Shown here: piece after piece, positions 11,501-20,335 of the stretch | How the letters are laid out: each line of letters begins with the position of its first letter | How positions within the stretch are numbered: the stretch's first letter is position 1 | Assembly (NCBI GenBank): GCA_000388065.2 | Contig: KB932214.1 | DNA length: 38,136 nucleotides | Source: Fonticula alba ATCC 38817 | Lineage: Eukaryota; Protista; Nucleariida | Direction: 5' to 3' (one strand) | The notes under the pieces: generated by a model | The model's database searches: none | Told to the model about the DNA's origin: nothing | Seen by the model: the letters and a program-made list of their open reading frames with translations, nothing else | Translations under genes and position numbers: made by a program

Positions 11501-12960
11501 GCTCTCGCTGTCCTCTCTGCTCTCTTTTCTCTCTTCCTCCCCTGCCGGATCCGGACCTGCAACTCACAGCCATCGTGGTGGCTCGGCACACGGACGCAGG
11601 TCAGATCCCGGAGCTGGTACGACGCCTGTGCGCGCCGACCCTCCGGAGACTGGAGACCGCCGTGCGTGAATCCCCCTCACTGGACCAAGCGTCCCGGGAG
11701 CTGGTCACGCAGTTCGACCGACTGGCAGTCATTTTCGAGGAGCTCCACCAGCCGCTGGGCCTGGCCGCCGGGGATCTGCACATGGGGGCCGACATGCTGG
11801 CGGACCCGGCCATCCGACGGGCGGTCTTCCAGCTGCTGGCCGGCGTGACGGATCCGGCGGTGCTGGCGGCGGCCGGCGGGCTGGCCTCGGTGGCCGAGCT
11901 CTGCCGGCACCTGTTCACCGAGGGCACCCTGGCCAGCGCGGCCGGGCATCCACTGATCCCGGCCCTGAATGACGTGTGGCCCGTGGTGGAGGCGGTCCTG
12001 CAGTCGCACCGGGCCGGCGCGCCGCCGACGACGACGACCGGCAGCGGCTCCGGCCCGGCCGACCCGGCGGCCGGCACCAGCAGCGATGTCATTGAGCTCA
12101 TCTGTCGGATGCTCCGGTCGGCCATTGTCTCCTGCGGTGGAGGGGGCTTCGCGCCGGTCTTCCCCCGGGCCCTGTACCTGTTGTACTCCGGCTTCCAGGC
12201 GACCACGCACTCGTCCTTCCTGTATGCCATCAAGCAGCTGGCCCGGGTGTATGCCACGCACCATGCGGCCCGGGCCCTGCTCTTTGAGGGGTTCTCCCAT
12301 GCCACGCACCTGGTCATGGGGGCCTTCTCCGGGCCGCTGGCCTTCGCGGCCGACGGGTCGACCGACCAGCGCCCGGCCGCCGCGGCCGGCCTCCTGGCCG
12401 ACACGCTGGTGGAGGACTTCTTCGACCTGGCCGGCGTCATGTCGCGCTACCTGCCGGACTTGATGCCGCAAACCCTGGCCCAGCTGCTGCCAGCGGCGCT
12501 GGTCGCCCTGCGGCGGTATCACAACTGCAGCTCCGCCATCAAGGGGGTCCTCTATTTTGTGGCCTGCGTCTTGAGCTCGGCCCATGGGGCCACCTCCGGG
12601 TCCGAGGCTGGCATCGAGCTCCGGCGCCTGCTCCGGGACCCGGCCCCGCCGGGGTCGGTGCCGGCTGGCCCGGCCCTGGCCCGGCCCCCCGGCCACCCGG
12701 CCGCCCCCCTGGGCGCCGAGGCCGTCATCTGCATGCTGGAGGGTGTTTGCCGGACTTTCCCCCGGCGGACCGGCAACCGCGAGGTTGTGGACATCATGGA
12801 GTACCTGCTGCAATTGTTTGGCCCGGTACGCGGCGGCGAGCCATGTGCCTGGTGTTTGCCTCGGGCTTTCTTGTGGCCCTTTTTTTCGCCCCGCCCGCCG
12901 CGCCGCCCCCTCTCTGACGGGCTCTCTGACACCATGCACACGCACACACACACACGCACA

Positions 12961-13008
<48 letters not shown>

Positions 13009-13182
13009 CACACGCAGCAGGAGCTTGTCAGTTGGGTGGCTACATTTGTCGAGGGCCTGCCGCCCGGGGCGGTCACTGGCGAGGAGGCAGCCATCTTCCT
13101 GGGCACCCTGGGCTCCGGCGCCCCATCCATCAAGGCCCCGCTGGTGGATTTCATCAAGCTGGTCCGCATGCGGACCACATAG
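8524..13182 (+). CDS. TNPO3: Transportin-3/Mtr10 (importin-beta family karyopherin); join(8524..8766,8921..9012,9221..9716,9877..10157,10276..11150,11570..12825,13021..13182), about 1134 aa
   Basis: gccATGG start. Six GT-AG introns keep frame (3405 nt). Motifs resemble recalled TNPO3/Mtr10: ADRWLNAFQ...AWVVADRLL...YYGAQTLVRKI, LELLSILPEEL...RR, EFSEYRHRVAQIL, WQQVEAVLFAL. Importin-13 is not fully excluded. The last acceptor could be 13018. Confidence 0.8.
11247..11355 (+). repeat. 9-nt minisatellite (TCTCTGCGG/TCTCTGCTG) with 27-nt higher-order pattern, TNPO3 intron 5
   Basis: Twelve units; the pattern GG,GG,TG recurs three times. Confidence 0.9.
11357..11446 (+). repeat. 18-nt minisatellite (CTCTGTTCCCTCCGCCCT)x5, TNPO3 intron 5
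   Basis: Five consecutive units, the last with one G>A change. Confidence 0.9.
12962..13009 (+). repeat. (GCAC)12 microsatellite in TNPO3 intron 6
   Basis: Directly visible; a similar tract lies at about 24060-24087. Confidence 0.9.
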
Positions 13183-13685
13183 TCGGCCAACGTGCCGCGG
13201 CATGTGCCAGCTCGCCCTCCTCCTTCCACACAGCCCGGGGTGGGGGGGGGGGGGGACCCCCTTGGCTTGGGCCTTCCCCTCTTGTCCGCTCCCTTCCACA
13301 AAGAGACGCCCTCTTTTCTCTCCTTTTTGCTGTACATGTGCCAGCCCTGGGAGCGCACGTCGGGGAGGTATGTGTGTATGTACACATGTGCTGTGGCGCA
13401 TGCGTGCCCTGCCTGAGCATGCCTGCCCTCTGTCGGTGTGCGCCTCGCACGGCGCGAACACCCCCCGCCGCGGCGCCCGGGCCAGAGTGCAGGGCCGTCT
13501 AAACAACCCCACTCATGTGATCATGCCTCGTTATTAGTTGGGATGCCCGCCGCGCGCTCCCATGGCGCCACCGGCCTCCGGGCCCGGCCGCCACCGTGTC
13601 TTGCGGCCTAGTCGGCGGTGGGGCGGGGGCGGGGGCGGGGGGTGGAGACCAGTAGAGTGTGGTCACTAGTGGTAGTTACCCGGGC

Positions 13686-14130
13686 NNNNNNNNNNNNNNN
13701 NNNNNNNNNNNNNNNNNNNNNNNNNNNNNNNNNNNNNNNNNNNNNNNNNNNNNNNNNNNNNNNNNNNNNNNNNNNNNNNNNNNNNNNNNNNNNNNNNNNN
13801 NNNNNNNNNNNNNNNNNNNNNNNNNNNNNNNNNNNNNNNNNNNNNNNNNNNNNNNNNNNNNNNNNNNNNNNNNNNNNNNNNNNNNNNNNNNNNNNNNNNN
13901 NNNNNNNNNNNNNNNNNNNNNNNNNNNNNNNNNNNNNNNNNNNNNNNNNNNNNNNNNNNNNNNNNNNNNNNNNNNNNNNNNNNNNNNNNNNNNNNNNNNN
14001 NNNNNNNNNNNNNNNNNNNNNNNNNNNNNNNNNNNNNNNNNNNNNNNNNNNNNNNNNNNNNNNNNNNNNNNNNNNNNNNNNNNNNNNNNNNNNNNNNNNN
14101 NNNNNNNNNNNNNNNNNNNNNNNNNNNNNN
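13686..14130. other. Assembly gap (N run)
   Basis: N bases; covers the dUTPase promoter region. Confidence 1.
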
Positions 14131-14181
14131 ACACACACACACACACACACACATAAAGCCTCCCCGCCCACTTGCCCGGAC

Positions 14182-14906
14182 ATGTTGCTGTCTGCCACCT
14201 TTGCTCGTCGGATTGCCACCCACACGACCGCCCCCTCCCTCCTCCGTACCATTATGACCCATCCGATGCCCGCCTCCGATGTGGTTTTCCGCGTGAAGCG
14301 CCTCTCGCCCCAGGGCCACCTGCCCATGCGCGCCTCCAAGGGCGCCGCCGGCTACGATCTGTTCAGGTGTGCAAACCACCCGCCCGGCGCACCCGCTCCC
14401 TCCCCCACCCCGCCCACTTACCACCCGCCCCGTGTCCCGCCCCGTGTCCCGCCCCGCCCCGCCCGGCAGTGCCCGCGACATGGTCATCCCTGCGCGCTCT
14501 CGGGCCCTGGTCCCCACCGACATCAGCCTCGCCCTGCCGGAGGGCACGTACGGTCGCATGGCCCCGCGCTCCAGCCTGGCCCTGCGCCATGGCATCGACG
14601 TCGGTGCCGGTGTCATCGACTGCGACTACCGCGGCCCGCTGGGGGTCATGCTCTTCAACCACAGCGATGAGGACTTCCAGGTGGTCGCCGGCAACCGCAT
14701 TGCCCAGCTCATCATCGAGACTATCATCACCCCGCCGGTGGTGGAGGTGGACGTGCGTCCCCGTTGCCCCCCCCCCCCTCTTTCTTCTTTCCATCCTCCC
14801 GCGCCTGCCTGCCATGGGGCACCATTCTAACTAACCCCGCGCGTGTCAACAGGACCTGGACGATACTGAGCGCGGCGCCGGTGCCTTCGGTTCCACTGGC
14901 GCTTGA
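14182..14906 (+). CDS. DUT: Trimeric dUTP pyrophosphatase; join(14182..14366,14470..14752,14853..14906), 173 aa; downstream in-frame ATGs at 14254 and 14266
   Basis: All five dUTPase motifs appear after splicing: [35 protein letters not shown]. Intron 2 has a CTAACTAAC branch-like site at about 14827-14835. Confidence 0.95.
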
Positions 14907-15100
14907 TGCCCTGCTCCCCTCCCCCCCCCCTCCCAAGCCGGGTTTTTTTGTCACCCCTGTTCAGATAGATGTTTTTGTTTTTTGCCCTTGTTTCTGTTTT
15001 TTTCGGCGACCAGGCCCGGCAATGTGCGTGTGTGTGTATGTATGGCACCGACAACAGGCCAGAGGGGGCTTGTATTTCAGCCTGGTAGGCAGGTGGCGGG

Positions 15101-16668
15101 TCAGGAATTTGCCTGGCCGGTGTCCTCGTGGGCGGTGGCTTCGGTATTGACCTCCACCGACTCCGAGTCAGCCGTATCGCCGGGGGTGCTGGTGTCAGTG
15201 GTGGCGGCACCGGTGGTGGGAGTGACATGTGCATCGGCATCGGCCCCGGTGGCCGCATCGACTGCGACATTGGCGGCACCATCAGCGGGAGCTTCTGCGG
15301 TAGTGGCGGCGTCGGTGGCGACGACATTGGTGGTGATATTGGTGGCAGCATCAGCGGCGACGTCAGCGGCGGCATCAGCGGCGGCATCAGCGGCGACGTC
15401 AGCGGCGGCATCAGCGGCGGCATCAGCGGCGGCATCAGCGGCGGCATCAGCGGCGGCATCAGCGGCGGCATCAGCGGCGGCATCAGCGGCGACGTCAGCG
15501 GCGGCATCAGCGGCGACGTCAGCGGGGGCTTCCGCAGTGGTGGCGGCGTCAGAAGCGACATCCGCGACGGCATCCGCGCAAGCAACGGAAGGAGCGGCGG
15601 CACCAGCAGCGGCATCTGCGGAAGCAGCAGCCACGCCAGAGACATCGGAGGCGCCGACGTCAGCAACAGCAGCGACGTCAGCGGCAGTGACACCAGAAGT
15701 GGAGGACGCCGCGACGCTGGCAGCGGCGGCAGCATCCGAAGCAGCAGCCTCCGAGACCTTGCGCCGCTCGGCCGATCGAGCAGCTAGGTCGCGCTCGAAG
15801 TTGGCACGCTCGAGGGCGTCAATCTCGGCACGCTCCTTGCGCCGGTCCTGGCGCAGCTCGGCCATATGCTCGGACGCCTGGAGGACCTTGGTGATGCGTG
15901 TGGCGATTTGGTCGATACCTGAGGCAAGGAGAAGCAGGTGAGGGAAGGACACACGCCGAGGGGGGAGAGAGAGAGAGAGAGGGAGGGAGAAAGATGGCAG
16001 GGGAGCGGAGGCGAGACGAGGCCCCCGGTCGGGCGGACCGCCGGCCACGAGCCTGGGCCGGGGCAAGGCGGGCCGCAGGAGAAGGAAAGCAAGGGCCGGC
16101 TTGCACACGTACGGGCCGGATCGCTGAGGGATGTGAACACGGGCGCCGGAGCCCCCTCGGCTTGCGGGCCGCTGATCTGCCCGAGCCGGGCACTGCACTG
16201 CTGCAGCGTGGAGTGTGCCTGCTCCAGGTACTGCACGGTCTTCGAGTGCTCATAGTCGGCATTGCGTGCGAAGGAGGACGACGTGCGAGACAGCATCTTC
16301 GAGTGGTCAAACAGCAGCGAGTAGATGGAGCCAATGTCTGCGCGGCGAGTGGCCCGTGTGGGGGGGCGGCGCAGTCGGCCGGACGGGCCGGACGGAGGGG
16401 AAGAGGGGGGGGGGGGGGGGGGGCAAGAAGGGCATCGAGGGCGTCGGGCGCGGGAAGGCAGTGCGCGGCACATGGGCCCCAGCCTGGCGGCGGCATTACC
16501 CTCAACAACTGGAAGCCAGAAATCGTTGCTGGACCCGGACAGCTGGCCTGGAGCGCCGGGGTGCGACGGGGTGGCGGCTGGCCCCGGGGCGCTGGGGCCG
16601 GATGCCCGGCTGGCCGCGGCGCTGGCTACGCCGCTGCCGCTGCTGCTGGTGCTGCTGCGGGAGGCCAT
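15101..16668 (-). CDS. BLOC1S5: BLOC-1 subunit 5 (Muted)-like coiled-coil protein with long Ala/Asp/Thr C-terminal tail; complement(join(15101..15918,16113..16337,16500..16668)), 403 aa
   Basis: Splicing (GTAATG and GTACGT donors, CAG acceptors) gives 1212 nt. It creates PVVEDIGSIYSLLFDH, matching recalled Muted IIKDLGEIHSRLLDH, and later RAEID, matching RAEVD. Confidence 0.65.
15348..15527 (-). repeat. 12-nt coding tandem repeat x15 encoding (AD[A/V]A)n in the BLOC1S5-like tail
   Basis: Plus-strand units GCATCAGCGGCG or ACGTCAGCGGCG. Confidence 0.95.
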
Positions 16669-19600
16669 AATGCGTGCAGCGTATGCGTGGGAGAGGGGGC
16701 AAAGGGGGGGGGGGAAGGGGCAAACAAGCAGACACAGAGAGGGGTTGACCCTGTTCCGGCGCGACAGAGAGGGGTGGATGCAAGGAGGAAAAGGAGGGGA
16801 GGCCTGGATATGCGATCAGTCGCGTCTCTCCCCCGCCCCGTCCGCCGGGCGCGATCTCTTGTGCCTCCCAAATAGCCAGGCAGATCATGCGCCCTGGCCC
16901 GGCAGATCACCCGATCCTCCAGGGCCCGAGCCGAGCGCCGGCCTTAACTCGGCGCTCCGCGGCCCCTCATTCTGAAAGGCGCGGCGCATTGCCGGGGGGA
17001 GGATCTGGTTCTCACGCATGCTGGCGCCCCGCGGGGTGCTGGTGCCGGCGACCCCCCGCGCGCCGGCTCCCCGGAGGGGCCTCTGCGCCGGTGCGCCGCG
17101 GCTGTTGCGCCGCAGCTACCGGCGCTCCCTCCTCTGGGAAAGGCGACGCGCGGCACGGCACGCCGCCACACAATGGTCATGCTTTCGGTCCCAGCCCCCC
17201 CCCCCTCCCCCCCCACACACACGCCACCCGTTTCCGGACTTGCCAGCTTGGCTTCTTCGCGGTCGCGTACGTTCGGCAGCCTGAAGCCTGGTCGACCGGG
17301 GCCTGGAGCCTCCGGCGGGACCGGGGTGTTCGCGCACGCATTTCTCCAGGTGGGACATGCCTGAGCCCAGCTGCCCCCGGCGCACGTCGCCCTCCCGCCC
17401 CCCCCCCCCCCTACCTACACCAGGCCGTGATGGAGAGCCAGCGGGGCCTGGGGGCGCGGGCGCGGGCGCGGGCGGGCAGCCCGGCCGACGCCGGAATGCA
17501 TGTAGGCCGCGCGCGACCGGACGCCGCCCGCCGGGGCTGGCATGCCTGCCTGGCCCTTCTCTTCGGCCGATGGACCTGCATCGATACCTGTGGCCGAGGG
17601 GGGCCCCTATCCCGGGGCACCTGTGTCTCCGGTTTCGGTCAAGATGCTCGGGCTGTCGTGCTTCTCTCTCTGTCTCTCTGTGCCTCTCTCCCTCTTGCAC
17701 CCGGGCCGAATGGTGCCCCTGGGCCTAGACTGAGGCCAGCCTCCCCCTGCCCCGGCTTCTCCGTCCACCTGGGAAGTGCGCGCGCGCGCGCGCGCGGGGC
17801 GCCGGGCGCGCGGTCGGGCAGCGGGAGGCCCTCGGGCGGGGGCACAGGGGGGGGGCGACCAGAGGGCACCCGACTTGGAAGGGGCGGGGGCGACACAAAA
17901 ATTGGACAAGCAGCGTCGGCACAATTGGCGTCTGCATCGCGCCCGGGGGGGGGGGGGGAGCGGCCTGGCAATCGGACGATATTTGGGTGCTGTTGTTTTT
18001 TTTTTGTTTTTTTCCATCCCCAAGCGCGCATGCTCTCTCTCCTGAGGCCGGGAGCGGGGCTGCTCACAGGGCAGGCTGTGCGCGCTGCGGCCGCCTGCCG
18101 GGCATGAGGGACGCGTCCTGGGCCGGCCGTCGGGCCGAGAGCCCCGGGCGAGGGCGCCCTTCGCCTTGCCAAGACACCCGCACCTAACAACCAGGCAGCC
18201 CTGCCTCTCCGGGCGCCGGCCGGCAGACAAGCACACGGGCAGGCACCGCGCCACGCACACGGACAGGGGATGTGTGTGTGTGTGTGTGTGTGTGAGCGCC
18301 GGGGGGGGGGGGGGCTGTTCAAAAATGCAGGGAAAAAGAGCCCCTTAAAACCACCAACTCCTGACACCGATTGAGGCCACAATCGTGGACGATCGCCCGG
18401 CCCGCGCGCCCGAGAGGAGGCATCCGCTCGTGCGGTGGGCGGACGGGCGCGCGCCCTCATGCGTACAACACGTTCACGCGCACACACACATACACACATA
18501 TAGAGAGACATAATGTGAAATAGGCCTGATCCATGGGGGCCAGGTCCAGCCCCCGGCGGCCCCTCCTACCCCATCAGGGGGCCTCCGCGGGCCCGAGGGC
18601 GAGGCATGCCTTCGGACCGGCGCAGGGGCCGCGTCGCTCGCGGGGAGCGAATGCATCCGGCGCGCCGGCCCGCCCGAGGGCCCCGAGGGGCACGGCGTCC
18701 GTGTGTGGCGACGGACCGGCGGCCGCACACCCGGCGGCACAAGAAGCCGGCCGCAGGCCCCGCCAGCCATGCGCCTCGCGCACCGCGGAGGCCCTCCGGC
18801 CCCGGGAGGGGGGGGGGGGCAGGCCCTCCATCCCAACATGCGTGTGTGACGACGGGTGCCTTTCGGGGATGCGGGCGCCTGCGCTGGCCCGCGGCCTCGG
18901 GGCGGAGTGGGGCCCGGCGGCGTCGCGCGTCATGGGGGCACGCCAGATGCGCCGTGCGCGGGGTCCCCTGTGCGGCCACACGCAATGGCCTTGCCTGGTG
19001 CGTGGAGCCGCTAGACCCGGCGCGAGGGCCGCCTCGAGCGCAGGTGCGCTGGGGGTGGACCCCGGGCGGGGCAGGACAACCTACGGACGGCGGGGGGCGG
19101 GGGAGCGAGAAAAGCCGAGCGCCCGGGCAGGGAAGAAAGTAACCCACAGTAGCCGGGGCATAAAGGGGGATGCGGGCGGCAAGAGGGACACGAGACCGCG
19201 GCGGCGGCGGCGGTGGCGGCACCGCCGCCGCCCCAAAACACCCCCGGGCCGGCCGGCGGACAGGGCCGGCGCCGAGAAGGACGGGGTGCCGCGCACGCGC
19301 GCGCGCGCGCGCGCACACACACACACACACGCTCACGCCGACATGCGTGTCATCGCCGCTCCATGATGAGCCGGGGGCTAGACCAGGCAGCAGCCGGCAG
19401 TGGCCGCAGGTGCGGCGAAGGCGACTAGCCCGCCGGGCTCTCACGGGTGCGGCCAGCTGCGCGGTCTATTGCTCCCGCCCCTCCGCCAGGCACACACCCT
19501 CACACACTCCCACGTACCAAGGGCGGGGGGGCGGGGCGGGGGGGGGGGGGGGGGGGGGGTCTCGCGCGTTCCTGTCCCCCCCCCCCTGGGGGTGTGCGGA

Positions 19601-20335
19601 TGCGCGCGCGCACAGGGCGGACGGCCAGGCCGGGCGAGGCCAAGATGGAGAAGGGGCGTCGACCGGCCATTAAAGGGGGGCGTCGAGCCGGCCGTTGTGG
19701 GCAGAGCGTCTGTCCGCCAGCCACCCCTGGCTTCCCCATCCCCTCGCCCCCTCGTTGCAGCACCTGCTCTCCCGCCCCATCCTGGCGCCCATGCTCGCCG
19801 ATGCGCCACCCAGCCCTCCAGCGGGGATTGTCCAGATCGCATGCACCCCGGGCGGCAGGCTGGGTGGCGAAGTAGAGTGCGCACCGGGCGGCAAAAGGGG
19901 CCTACCCACCGCCGGGCAACCGGGCGGGTGAGGGGTGGGGCGGGGGGCGGGGGAGGGGGCATCCCCGAGGCGGGCGACAGGGTGTGGCATGGCCCCGGCG
20001 GATCCCCCCTCCCGGCAATCCGCTCCTGCCTGCGCCCCCTCCCGCACCCCCATGCCGGGGCCACATAAAAGGCGCGCCCGTGCCTGGCCATCCCTCCTCC
20101 GGGGGCCGCCACTGCCCCAGACACCCCTGCGCCCCTCCGCACGCATCTGCACGCACCCGCACGCCTGCGCCCCTCCCAGATCTCCCGCCCGCCCTTTCGC
20201 GCCCGCCAGGCCCCGCCCTGTCTGGTGCCCTTTCTCGCCCCTTCCCCTCGGCTCGCCGACTTCCATCTCTCCCCTGGCCCCCCGCCCCCCCTCCCCCCTC
20301 GCCGCTGCCACCGAGGACCCCTCACCTACGCCACC

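Noticed and set aside
10217-11669. RDSRDRRD / AEGTER / CGLC repeat ORFs, which resemble SR-like or metallothionein-like proteins
   Set aside because: Translations of the intronic minisatellites in TNPO3 intron 5.
14152-14159. TATA-like CATAAAGC just upstream of the dUTPase ATG
   Set aside because: Imperfect match next to a gap and a CA repeat; not supportable without TSS data.
14182-14906. dUTPase as evidence of a viral or retroelement insertion
   Set aside because: It has two spliceosomal introns, cellular-type motifs, and no flanking LTR, RT or integrase.
14827-15941. GGIS-repeat, PPLM-repeat and SAAA-repeat ORFs
   Set aside because: Alternative frames of the 12-nt repeat; only the minus AD[A/V]A frame connects by splicing to a recognisable domain.
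16669-20335. ORFs up to 406 aa between BLOC1S5-like and V-ATPase a
   Set aside because: They run through homopolymers and dinucleotide repeats and lack the coding-like codon pattern of the real exons.
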